NCBI GenBank assembly: GCA_963779755.1
Contig: CAVZZO010000003.1
Span: forward strand, 1,312,001-1,376,000
Origin: an uncultured Gemmatimonadales bacterium
GTDB taxonomy: Bacteria > Gemmatimonadota > Gemmatimonadetes > Gemmatimonadales > GWC2-71-9
Length of the DNA: 64,000 nucleotides
Direction of reading: 5' to 3'
Shown: piece after piece, positions 50,448 through 59,355 of the stretch
Layout of the letters: the number at the start of each line of letters is the position of its first letter
How positions within the stretch are numbered: the first letter of the stretch is position 1
The notes under the pieces: generated by a model
What the model saw: only the letters and a program-made list of their open reading frames with translations
Databases searched by the model: none
Told to the model about the DNA's origin: nothing
Made by a program: the position numbers and the translations under genes

Positions 50448-52853
50448 ATGACCTCAGTGATCGCCGATCTCCGCTATGCCATCCGCGGCTTGCGCAAGAG
50501 CCCGGGGTTCACCCTCGCCGCGGTCCTCACGCTGGGGCTGGGAATCGGGGGAACCACGACGATGTTCAGCGTGCTGAACGGGGTTCTGCTGCGCCCCCTC
50601 CCCTACCCGGAACCTGCGCGCCTGGTCACCTTCGCCGAGACAAATCCGCGATACCACGGTGCCATCGGTGTCACCTACCCGGAATTCGACTTTCTGCGGG
50701 CGAACGCAACGGTGTTCGACGGCCTGACGGCGACGACGCCAGTCGGCTTCAACCTGTTCGCGGGCGATCGGGCGGAGCGGGTGCGGGGCCTGCGGGTAGC
50801 GAGCGACTACTTCCGGGTTCTCGGTGCACGGCCGGCGCTGGGGCAGGCCTTCACCGCCGCCCAGGACCAGCCCGACGGCCCGGATGTCCTCGTGCTGAGC
50901 CACGGGCTGTGGGTCCGGCGCTTCGGCGGATCGCGGGATGTGATCGGCCGGAACGTGCTGCTGGACGGCAGGTCCTACCGGATCATCGGGGTCATGCCGG
51001 CCGATTTCCAGGCGTTCCCCGCCGTCGCTCTCTGGACCACGATCGCCCAGGTCGGCGCCACCATCGGCGGCGGTCGTAACCTCACGGTCATCGGCCGGTT
51101 GCGCCCGGGACTCTCGCTGCAACAGGCGGAGGCCCGGATGCCGGGCCTGACCGGCGCGTTCCGCGCACGGTTCGACAAACGGCTGGACCAGGCGAGCCTG
51201 CTCGACCTGATGCCGTACCGCAGCCTGGTCGTGGAGGATACCGGAAGGGAGATCGGCCTTCTGTTCGGCGCCACCGCACTGGTGCTGCTCATCGCCTGCG
51301 CCAACGTTGCGGCGCTGGTGCTGGGCCGCACCGCCTCGCGCGCAAGGGAACTCGCCGTCCGCGCGGCAACGGGGGCGACCCGCGGCCGGCTGGCGCGCCT
51401 GCTGCTCACCGAGAGCCTGGTGCTCTCCCTGGCCGGCGGTCTCATGGGTCTGCTGGTGGCGCGGGCCGGCCTGCGCAGTCTGCTCGCCCTCGCTCCGGAG
51501 GCGCTTCCCAGACTGGCGGGCGTACACCTGGACGCAACAGCGCTGGGATTCGGCCTCGCGCTGTCCCTGCTCACGGGCATGGGCTTCGGCCTGGCCCCCG
51601 CTTGGCGCAGCGCCCGAACCCGCGCGGATGAGGCCCTGGCGCAGAGTGCGGGCCGCACCACCAACTCGCGGCGGGCCACCCGGGCCCGCGGCCTGCTGGT
51701 GACTCTGGAAGTCGCGCTCTCGCTCATGCTCCTGGTAGGCGCGGGACTCCTGTTGCAGAGCTATGCCCGGCTCATGCGGGTGGATCCAGGATTCCGGACC
51801 GGGCACCTGCTTACCGCCGAAGTGTGGCTCACCGGAGCGCGCTACGACTCGGCCGGCACCCTGACCCGGTTCTACGACCGGCTGACGGACCGGCTGGAAC
51901 GCGTGCCCGGCGTCCGGTCCGCCGCGATGGTCGAGGCCGGCCTGCCGCTGGAGCACGGCGGGAACACCGGGATCCAGCTGGACAATGATCCCGCCTGGCA
52001 CGGCGCCGACTATCGCACCGTTACTCCCGGCTATTTCGCCCTCCTGGGCGTCCCGCTGTTGCGGGGCCGCGCCTTCAGCAAGTCCGACCTGGCGGAGACG
52101 GAACCGGTCGCGCTGGTGAACGCGTCTCTCGCCCGCTCCTATTTCGGCGATTCGCTTGCCGTGGGCCATTTTATAAAGATCGAGGGAGTGGCCCGGCGAA
52201 TCGTCGGCATGGTGGGCGACGTCCGTTCGCGGGTGGATCAGCCGGCCCCTCCCAGCGTATTTCTGCCCGCGGCGCAGACGCCGGCCGGACTGACCCGTGC
52301 CTTCGTAAGCTGGTATCCGATCCATGTGCTGGTGCGCACCGCCGTCGCACCGGAGGCGCTGCGGACCTCATTGCGGCAGGCCATCGCCGCCACCGATCCC
52401 GCCGTTCCGGTCGGCCAGGTCCGCACTATGGACCGGGTATTCGACGACGCCCTGGCCCTGCGGCACTTTATCATGCTGCAGCTGGCCCTGTTCGCCGCCA
52501 CCGCCCTTGCGCTGGCCGCGGTGGGGATCTACGGAGTCATGTCGAACCTCATGCTGCAGCGAACCCGTGAGATCGGAATCCGGATGGCCTTGGGAGCGAT
52601 GCCCGGCAGGATCGTGCGGAAGATGCTGGGCTACGGGCTGCGATTCGTCCTGCTCGGCGCCATGGCCGGCCTGGCGATCGCCCTGGCACTCACCGGAATG
52701 CTCGCGAGCCAGCTCTACGGCGTCCATCCGCGCAGCATCGCCGCGTTCGCGGGCGCCACGGCCGTCCTTGCGGGCGTCGCCCTGCTGGCGGCATGGCTGC
52801 CGGCCCGCCGGGCCACGCGGGTGGATCCGGCGCGGGTTCTGAGAGAAGAGTAG
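50448..52853 (+). CDS. ADOP-like duplicated ABC permease 10
   Basis: Same architecture; ATG 50448 after AAGGGA. Confidence 0.92.
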   Translation: MTSVIADLRYAIRGLRKSPGFTLAAVLTLGLGIGGTTTMFSVLNGVLLRPLPYPEPARLVTFAETNPRYHGAIGVTYPEFDFLRANATVFDGLTATTPVGFNLFAGDRAERVRGLRVASDYFRVLGARPALGQAFTAAQDQPDGPDVLVLSHGLWVRRFGGSRDVIGRNVLLDGRSYRIIGVMPADFQAFPAVALWTTIAQVGATIGGGRNLTVIGRLRPGLSLQQAEARMPGLTGAFRARFDKRLDQASLLDLMPYRSLVVEDTGREIGLLFGATALVLLIACANVAALVLGRTASRARELAVRAATGATRGRLARLLLTESLVLSLAGGLMGLLVARAGLRSLLALAPEALPRLAGVHLDATALGFGLALSLLTGMGFGLAPAWRSARTRADEALAQSAGRTTNSRRATRARGLLVTLEVALSLMLLVGAGLLLQSYARLMRVDPGFRTGHLLTAEVWLTGARYDSAGTLTRFYDRLTDRLERVPGVRSAAMVEAGLPLEHGGNTGIQLDNDPAWHGADYRTVTPGYFALLGVPLLRGRAFSKSDLAETEPVALVNASLARSYFGDSLAVGHFIKIEGVARRIVGMVGDVRSRVDQPAPPSVFLPAAQTPAGLTRAFVSWYPIHVLVRTAVAPEALRTSLRQAIAATDPAVPVGQVRTMDRVFDDALALRHFIMLQLALFAATALALAAVGIYGVMSNLMLQRTREIGIRMALGAMPGRIVRKMLGYGLRFVLLGAMAGLAIALALTGMLASQLYGVHPRSIAAFAGATAVLAGVALLAAWLPARRATRVDPARVLREE

Positions 52854-52903
52854 AACGGACCGAGGACCGTGCCGGAGAAACCAGAAAGGGATGGAGAGGA
52901 CAC

Positions 52904-54055
52904 ATGGATTCCTTGCCTGCCGTTGCCCGAGTCGCCGGCCCCGGCGCTACCCTCCTGCTGCTCGCCACCTCGCTCGCCGCCCAGACGACCGCCGGCTTCG
53001 TCACCCGGCTTGGGAACGACACGGTCGCCGTGGAGCGCTACGAGGCCTCCCCTACCGTTATCCGGGGCATCAGTGTCAGCCGGGTGCCGTCCACCCGGGT
53101 CGCGCGATACGACATGACCCTGGCCCACGACGGAACGATCGACCGGCTGCATATCGCCGTCGCGACTCCCGGAGGCCGGCCCCTGGCTGAAGTCGACTAT
53201 CGCTATTTCGACGACAGCGTAGTGCTTACCCAGAAACGCGACACCCTGAGCCGGACCATGACCATCCCGGTGACCGGACGTCCCCTGCCGTTCAGCAACA
53301 CCACGGTCGCCGGGTGGGAGGTGGTGCTACAGCACCTGCACGGCGGTCACATGCGCATGCTGGCCGGGAGAGAGCCGCTCGATTATGCGGTAACCCGCCT
53401 GGGCAACGGCGAGGTCCGGCTGATCACCTCGGATCACGACTACAGCCCTCTGGAGGCACGCCTGGGAGCCAATGGCCGGCTGCAGGAATTCGACTTCCGT
53501 GGAACGACCGACAAGTACCTGGCCACCCGCGTGGCCGACGTGGATGTCGAAGGGCTTGCCGCCCGCTTCGCCGCCGCCGACCAGGCCGGCCACGGCCTGG
53601 GAACCCTCTCCCCCCGGGATACCGCACGCGCTCAGCTTGGCGGGGCTCGGGTCATGGTGGACTACGGCCGCCCCTCGGCGCGGGGCCGGGTGATCTTCGG
53701 CAACGTGGTCCGCTGGGGGCAGGTATGGCGCCTCGGAGCCAACGAGGCCACGCAGCTCATCACCGACCGGGATCTGGTCATCGAGGGCGCCACCGTGCCA
53801 GCCGGTAGCTATTCGCTCTGGGCCATCCCGAACAGCGGCGGCTGGAAGCTGGTCATCAACAAGCAGCACGGCCAGTGGGGCACGGAGTACCACCCGGAGC
53901 AGGATCTGGCGCGCGTGCCCATGCAGACCTCGCGTTTGTCCGACCCGGTCGAGCGAATGACCGTCCGGATCGACCTGGGCGAGCAAGGCGGTGCCATCGT
54001 CGTCCGTTGGGCGGATACCGAAGCCCGGGTTGCGGTGACGGCGAGGGGTGGGTGA
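52904..54055 (+). CDS. Secreted protein with C-terminal DUF2911-like domain
   Basis: Signal peptide; LSPRD...VDYGRPS.RGR.IFG...VWRLGANEAT...QWGT motif; ATG 52904 after GAGGA. Confidence 0.85.
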   Translation: MDSLPAVARVAGPGATLLLLATSLAAQTTAGFVTRLGNDTVAVERYEASPTVIRGISVSRVPSTRVARYDMTLAHDGTIDRLHIAVATPGGRPLAEVDYRYFDDSVVLTQKRDTLSRTMTIPVTGRPLPFSNTTVAGWEVVLQHLHGGHMRMLAGREPLDYAVTRLGNGEVRLITSDHDYSPLEARLGANGRLQEFDFRGTTDKYLATRVADVDVEGLAARFAAADQAGHGLGTLSPRDTARAQLGGARVMVDYGRPSARGRVIFGNVVRWGQVWRLGANEATQLITDRDLVIEGATVPAGSYSLWAIPNSGGWKLVINKQHGQWGTEYHPEQDLARVPMQTSRLSDPVERMTVRIDLGEQGGAIVVRWADTEARVAVTARGG

Positions 54056-54145
54056 GATGATCGCGAGGCGTTAGGTGGGCACCCCTTACGCCTCACGTCT
54101 GACCCCTTACCATTCCCTTTTCCCTTTTCCCTTTTCCCTGTTCTC

Positions 54146-54808
54146 ATGATTTCCCTGCGCAGCCTCGAGAAGTCCGTCCCCTCCGGCGCCGGCCGGCTCT
54201 GGATCCTCCGGGAGATTACCGCCGAGATCCGGCAAGGCGAGTTCGTCAGCATCATGGGCCCCTCGGGTGCCGGGAAATCCACGCTGCTCGGCATCCTGGG
54301 CATGCTGGATCACGGGTTCGAGGGCGAATACCATCTGCTGGGCCAGCCGGTCCACCGGCTCTCCACCCGGGAGCGCAACGACCTGGGGCGCGCCACCGTC
54401 GGCTTTGTCTTTCAGCAGTATCATCTGATCGACGACCTGACGGTGTACGAAAACCTGGACGTGCCGCTCTCCTACCGCAACGTAAAGAAGTCCGAGCGCG
54501 CGGCCCTGGTGGCGGATATTCTCGACCAATTCGGTATCGTGGCCAAGAAGGACCTGTTCCCCAGCCAGCTCTCCGGTGGGCAGCAGCAGCTGGTGGGCGT
54601 GGCGCGCGCGGTGGTGGCAAACCCCAAGCTCATCCTGGCCGACGAGCCTACGGGCAACCTGCACTCCGGGCAGGCGCGCGAGATCATGGAGCTGTTCCGC
54701 GAGCTCAACCGGCAGGGGACGACGATCGTCCAGGTGACCCACTCGGAGGAGCTCGCCGGCTATGGCAGCCGGGTCATTCAACTCCTCGACGGCCGAATGG
54801 CGTCGTAG
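54146..54808 (+). CDS. Second ABC transporter ATP-binding protein (MacB/LolD type)
   Basis: [32 protein letters not shown]. Confidence 0.93.
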   Translation: MISLRSLEKSVPSGAGRLWILREITAEIRQGEFVSIMGPSGAGKSTLLGILGMLDHGFEGEYHLLGQPVHRLSTRERNDLGRATVGFVFQQYHLIDDLTVYENLDVPLSYRNVKKSERAALVADILDQFGIVAKKDLFPSQLSGGQQQLVGVARAVVANPKLILADEPTGNLHSGQAREIMELFRELNRQGTTIVQVTHSEELAGYGSRVIQLLDGRMAS

Positions 54809-54978
54809 TTGGAACCGCAGATTACGCAGATTACGCAGACTCCTTATAGTAGATACCCCTGCTGGAGCGCCTGCCTGACAGTGCCGCCGGTGCTCCCCGG
54901 CAGACTTGAGCGGCTGATTCCCGATCGGCCGGGATCGCGGTCGATCATCTGTGTAATCTGCGTAATCTGCGGTTCCAA
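54809..54978. repeat. 170-bp MITE-like element with 31-bp terminal inverted repeats built of 9-mer CGCAGATTA units
   Basis: 54809-54839 and 54948-54978 are reverse complements with one mismatch. Confidence 0.85.
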
Positions 54979-55011
54979 TTTGCCGGGAACTCGACACCTG
55001 AACGGGACTGC

Positions 55012-56379
55012 GTGAACGATCGCCCGCCCATCCGCATCCTGATCGCCGACGACCAGCGCGACGTGCTGGAGGCGCTGCGCCTGCTGCTCAAGAGCGAAGG
55101 GTTCGTCCTCGAGTCGGCGACATCGCCGGCGGGGGTGCTGGCGGCCGTCGAGGGCCACGATTTCGACGTAGTCCTGATGGATCTGAATTTCCAGCGCGAT
55201 ACCACTTCGGGCCAGGAGGGACTCGACCTGCTGAGCGCCCTGCAGCGGACCGACCCCACGCTTCCGGTCGTGGTCATGACCGCCTGGGGTACGGTGGACC
55301 GGGCAGTGGAGGCCATGCGGCGCGGCGCGCGTGATTTCATCGAGAAGCCCTGGGACAATACCCGCCTGCTGGCCACTCTGCGCACCCAGGCGGCGCTGGC
55401 CGGCGCCCTGCGCCGCTCCGAACGGCTGGAGAGCGAGAATCTGGCGCTCCGGGGTGATGGCGGTCCGGAGCTCATCGCTACCTCCCGCGCGATGCAGCCG
55501 GTGCTGCGGCTCATGGAGCGGGTCGCCGCGGCCGACGCCCCGGTGCTGATCAGCGGCGAGCACGGCACCGGCAAGGATCTGGTAGCGCACCGGCTGCACG
55601 CCGGCTCGGCACGCTCGGCCGGGCCCCTGGTCACGGTGAACGTCGGTGGACTGTCGGACGGAGTGTTCGAGAGCGAGCTCTTCGGGCACGTGCGCGGCGC
55701 CTACACCGACGCCAAGGCCGACCGGGTGGGACGCTTCGAGCTGGCGCAGGGCGGCACCCTTTTCCTCGATGAGATCGCCAACATCGCCCCCAGCCAGCAG
55801 GCCAAACTACTGCGCGTGCTCCAGACGGGCGAGTTCGAGCGGGTCGGCTCCTCCAAGACCCGCCAGGTGGACGTGCGCATCCTCTCCGCCACCAACGCCG
55901 ACCTGCGCGCCGAAGTGGCCACCGGGCGGTTCCGGGAAGACCTGCTATTCCGGCTCAACACGGTGGAAATCCACCTCCCGCCGCTGCGCGACCGGCCGGA
56001 AGACATCCCGCTGCTCGCGCGGCACTTTCTGGAGCGCCACGCCCGTCGCTACGGCAAACCGGTCGAGGCGTTCGACACCGAAGCGCTGGAGGCGCTGCTG
56101 CGCCACACCTGGCCCGGCAATGTCCGCGAGCTGGACCACGTGATCGAACGGGCCGTGCTGCTGGCCACCGGTCCCCGGCTGCGGGAAGCCGAGCTGGGGC
56201 TGGTCGAGCCGGCCGGTAACGCGCCCGCGCGGCTGGAGGGGATGACGCTGGATGACGCCGAGCGCTACCTCATTCAGCGGGCACTGGCACGGACGCAGGG
56301 GAACGTGAGCGAGGCGGCCCGTGCCCTGGGGCTGAGCCGCAGCGCCCTCTACCGCAGGCTTCAGCGATTCGACCTCTGA
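55012..56379 (+). CDS. NtrC-family sigma-54-type response regulator (REC-AAA+-HTH)
   Basis: ILIADD/LMD receiver, GEHGTGKD, ESELFGH, GGTLFLDEI, WPGNVREL, Fis-type HTH. Confidence 0.95.
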   Translation: MNDRPPIRILIADDQRDVLEALRLLLKSEGFVLESATSPAGVLAAVEGHDFDVVLMDLNFQRDTTSGQEGLDLLSALQRTDPTLPVVVMTAWGTVDRAVEAMRRGARDFIEKPWDNTRLLATLRTQAALAGALRRSERLESENLALRGDGGPELIATSRAMQPVLRLMERVAAADAPVLISGEHGTGKDLVAHRLHAGSARSAGPLVTVNVGGLSDGVFESELFGHVRGAYTDAKADRVGRFELAQGGTLFLDEIANIAPSQQAKLLRVLQTGEFERVGSSKTRQVDVRILSATNADLRAEVATGRFREDLLFRLNTVEIHLPPLRDRPEDIPLLARHFLERHARRYGKPVEAFDTEALEALLRHTWPGNVRELDHVIERAVLLATGPRLREAELGLVEPAGNAPARLEGMTLDDAERYLIQRALARTQGNVSEAARALGLSRSALYRRLQRFDL

Positions 56380-57692
56380 ACTGGGACCGCCGCTTCTTCC
56401 TGCTGGCGCTGGCCACCGCCGCGCCGGCCTCGATTTGCGCCCTGCTGCTCGTCTGGCTGGGCCCGCACAGCCCCAATCTCCGCTGGACCATCACGGTGAT
56501 CGTCGGCATCGCGTGGCTGGTCGGCGCCGTGGCCATTCGCGAGCGCGCCGCACGGCCGCTGCAGACGCTGGCCAATCTGGTGGGGGCCATCGGCGAAGGG
56601 GATTTTTCCATCCGCGCCCGGGGCGCCGATCCGGACGACGACCTCGGGCTGGCCTACTATGAGGTGAACGCCCTGGCCCAGGCGCTGCGGCAGCAGCGGC
56701 TGGGATCGCTCGAGGCCGAGGCCCTGCTGCGGCGCGTCATTGTCGAGATCGACGCCGCGATCTTTGCCTTCGACGCCGAGCGCCGCCTGCGGGTGGTCAA
56801 CCGGGCAGGGGCGGCGCTGCTGGACGCACGGCCGGAGCGCCTGCTCGGTCGCACGGCGGAATCGCTCGGGCTCGACGCGTGCCTCGAAGGCCAGAGCCCG
56901 CGCATGGTCGAGATCGCCTTCCCGGGCAAGAGCGGCCGCTGGGAAATCCGGCGCAGCTCCTTCCGCCAGGAAGGCAGGCCGCACCAACTGCTGGTACTGA
57001 ACGACGTCGGGGCCGTCCTGCGGGAGCAGGAACGGCAATCGTGGCAGCAGGTGATCCGGGTTCTGAGCCACGAGGTGAACAACTCGCTCGCGCCCATCAA
57101 GTCCATCGCCGAGAGCCTCACCCAGGCGATGAATCGGGGAGCGGGCGCCGCCGCCGACCCGGGCGACCTGCAAAGCGGCCTCGGCGTCATCGCCGCCCGC
57201 TCGGAATCGCTCCGCCGTTTCATGTCATCCTACGCCCAACTCGCCCGGCTGCCCCGGCCGAACCTGGAGCGGATCGCCGTGGCCGAGCTGGCGGAACGGA
57301 CGGCGCCGCTGGAGCAGCGCCTGCCGGTCAGCGTGACCGGCGGGCCGGACGTGACCGTGGCGGCCGACCCCGATCAACTGGAGCAGGTGCTGATCAACTT
57401 GTTGCGCAACGCGGCCGATGCCGCGCTGGAAACCGGTGGCGGGGTCCGCCTGGGGTGGCGCACCGACCGGGACCAGATCGTCATCGCCGTGGAGGACGAC
57501 GGGCCGGGGCTGCCCTCCACCACCAACCTGTTCGTTCCCTTCTTTACTACCAAACCCAGCGGCACCGGAATCGGACTGATCCTGAGCCGGCAGATCGTAG
57601 AGGCGCACGGTGGGACGCTGGCGTTGCGGAACCGGCCGGAGGGGATGGGATGCCGGGCGGAACTACGCCTGCCGATGGTGGGTGGGGCGTAA
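56376..57692 (+). CDS. Sensor histidine kinase (2 TM, HAMP, PAS-like, HisKA, HATPase)
   Basis: SHEVNNSL H-box, NLLRNA, DDGPG, FFTTK, GTGIGL; frame extends to a CTG at 56376 overlapping the regulator stop. Confidence 0.88.
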   Translation: MNWDRRFFLLALATAAPASICALLLVWLGPHSPNLRWTITVIVGIAWLVGAVAIRERAARPLQTLANLVGAIGEGDFSIRARGADPDDDLGLAYYEVNALAQALRQQRLGSLEAEALLRRVIVEIDAAIFAFDAERRLRVVNRAGAALLDARPERLLGRTAESLGLDACLEGQSPRMVEIAFPGKSGRWEIRRSSFRQEGRPHQLLVLNDVGAVLREQERQSWQQVIRVLSHEVNNSLAPIKSIAESLTQAMNRGAGAAADPGDLQSGLGVIAARSESLRRFMSSYAQLARLPRPNLERIAVAELAERTAPLEQRLPVSVTGGPDVTVAADPDQLEQVLINLLRNAADAALETGGGVRLGWRTDRDQIVIAVEDDGPGLPSTTNLFVPFFTTKPSGTGIGLILSRQIVEAHGGTLALRNRPEGMGCRAELRLPMVGGA

Positions 57693-57853
57693 GGCGTAAG
57701 ACGCAAGGCGTAAGGAACGAGTAGTTCCAGGTGCGACGACAGGGGCCGGGATTCGGGATCTGGTAAGCAGGTCCCGTTCTCACTGCTCACGCCTCACGCC
57801 TCACGCCTTACGCCTCACGCCTCACGCCTCACGTCTCACGCCTCACGCCTCAC
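57686..57853. repeat. Inverted 7-bp tandem repeats: (GGCGTAA) x~4 ... (CTCACGC) x~9
   Basis: Between convergent histidine kinase and site-2 protease genes. Confidence 0.88.
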
Positions 57854-58557
57854 CCGTATCTCGTATGGGGATACACCAGATTCACCGCAAACAGGAATAT
57901 GTGGTTCCATAGCTGGCCGAACACCTGCCAGGCAACCAGGATGCCGATCCAGCTGAGGCCCGGGTTGCGGCGCAGGAAATCCTGGTAGCGCTCCGTCTGC
58001 CGTTCATTGAGGAAGAGGGGAACGGCCCCGCTCCCGTCCAGCGGCGGCAGGGGCAGGATATTGAGCGTTGCCAGAACGAGGTTGAGCGAGAAGACCACAC
58101 TGACCAGAAACGCTATCGCCGACCAGAGCCCGCCGGCGGTCGTGTCCGTCACGTGATCGAAGTTGACCGACTGGGGCGAGAAGAAGATCCCCGCGGAGGT
58201 CGCGATACGGATGGCCACCAGGGCCAGGATAACCAGCAGCAGGTTGGTGGCCGGCCCGGCCACGGCCATCCAGGCGGCGCGCTTGGGATGCCGGGCGGCC
58301 CAGTGAGGATCGTACGGGGCGCTGGCGTAGCCGAAGGGCCAGCCGGTGAGAAAGAGGGAAATGACCGGCAACACCACCATCCCGAACGGCTCACGCCGGA
58401 TGTGCGGGATGGGATTGAGCGATACCTGGCCGCCGTGATAGGCGGTGAGGTCGCCCCCCAGCTTGGCGACCCAGGCGTGCGATCCCTCGTGCAGCGTGGT
58501 GGAAAAGAGAAATACGATGTAATAGATGAGCGCGCTGGCGGGATCGAAGTTCCCCAT
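57850..58557 (-). CDS. Site-2 protease family (peptidase M50) membrane metalloprotease
   Basis: HEGSH (HExxH), AGPATN and NILPLPPLDG motifs. Confidence 0.92.
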   Translation of the reverse strand: MGNFDPASALIYYIVFLFSTTLHEGSHAWVAKLGGDLTAYHGGQVSLNPIPHIRREPFGMVVLPVISLFLTGWPFGYASAPYDPHWAARHPKRAAWMAVAGPATNLLLVILALVAIRIATSAGIFFSPQSVNFDHVTDTTAGGLWSAIAFLVSVVFSLNLVLATLNILPLPPLDGSGAVPLFLNERQTERYQDFLRRNPGLSWIGILVAWQVFGQLWNHIFLFAVNLVYPHTRYG

Positions 58558-59306
58558 CAGCCACTCTGCCCACTCTGCCCACTCTGCCCACTCTGCCCAC
58601 TCTGCCCACTCTGCCCACTCTGCCCACTCTGCCCACTCAACTTATACATCCGCACTCGCCAGATAGGCCGCCGGAAGCCGGGGGCATGGACCGTCACCTC
58701 GTAGCGGAGATACACCTTGCTGTCGGCCAGGACATAGAGCTCGTCGATCTGGCCGCCGCCGGATGGCTTCCATTCGACGGTGAGGTGGTCGTCCTTCCAT
58801 TTTGCCTTGTACTGCACCGAAATGCTGTCGCTTACCTGCAGTGAGTCCTTCCGCCCGTCGGGGTGCAGGGCATAGCTGAAACCGTCGTCGTTGGTGAAGA
58901 CCAGCGAATCGCCCTGCTGCGCAATCGTCAACGCCACCGGCGGCTGGGCCATGCCCATGAGCTGGGCCATCTGTTCCCGTTCGCCCTTGCTGGGGCCGCG
59001 ATACCGGCCGCCTCGCGGCATCCGGGTTTCCCCCGGCATGCCCATGCGGCTGGAATCGGGGTAGCGGGTTTCCGCCGTATCGGGGCGGGCGCCGGTGCTG
59101 TCGTCCGAGCTGTCTGCCGCGGCGGTATCGGTTCGCGCCCGACCCATCTGAGGCGGCTGGAGGGTGGCACTGCTGTCCGCCATCTTCCAGCGGCCCGAGA
59201 GATCGGGGTGCTGCGCCTGAAGGCCGGCAGGCAAGCCGGCGGCGAGCGCTGCTCCCGCCAGCCAGCCCCACCAGGTTCGACTGCTCATTCGATTGATCAT
59301 CCTCAT
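58557..59306 (-). CDS. Hypothetical secreted protein with (QSG)8 tail
   Basis: Signal peptide, DLSGRW beta-barrel-like start, low-complexity insert; stop overlaps the next ATG (TGATG). Confidence 0.7.
   Translation of the reverse strand: MRMINRMSSRTWWGWLAGAALAAGLPAGLQAQHPDLSGRWKMADSSATLQPPQMGRARTDTAAADSSDDSTGARPDTAETRYPDSSRMGMPGETRMPRGGRYRGPSKGEREQMAQLMGMAQPPVALTIAQQGDSLVFTNDDGFSYALHPDGRKDSLQVSDSISVQYKAKWKDDHLTVEWKPSGGGQIDELYVLADSKVYLRYEVTVHAPGFRRPIWRVRMYKLSGQSGQSGQSGQSGQSGQSGQSGQSG
58561..58638. repeat. 9-bp tandem repeat (CCACTCTGC) x8.7
   Basis: Perfect repeats; the same unit occurs at 2-12, 4959-4978 and 5219-5237. Confidence 0.95.
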
Positions 59307-59355
59307 GTGCGAAAATTAGCCGGTTCCCCGGGATTCTGACCACCGGCACGGGGCT

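Noticed and set aside
27130..52853. Classical integron cassette array
   Set aside because: No tyrosine recombinase in the window, hairpins lack RYYYAAC/GTTRRRY ends, and several junctions are overlapping or have no hairpin
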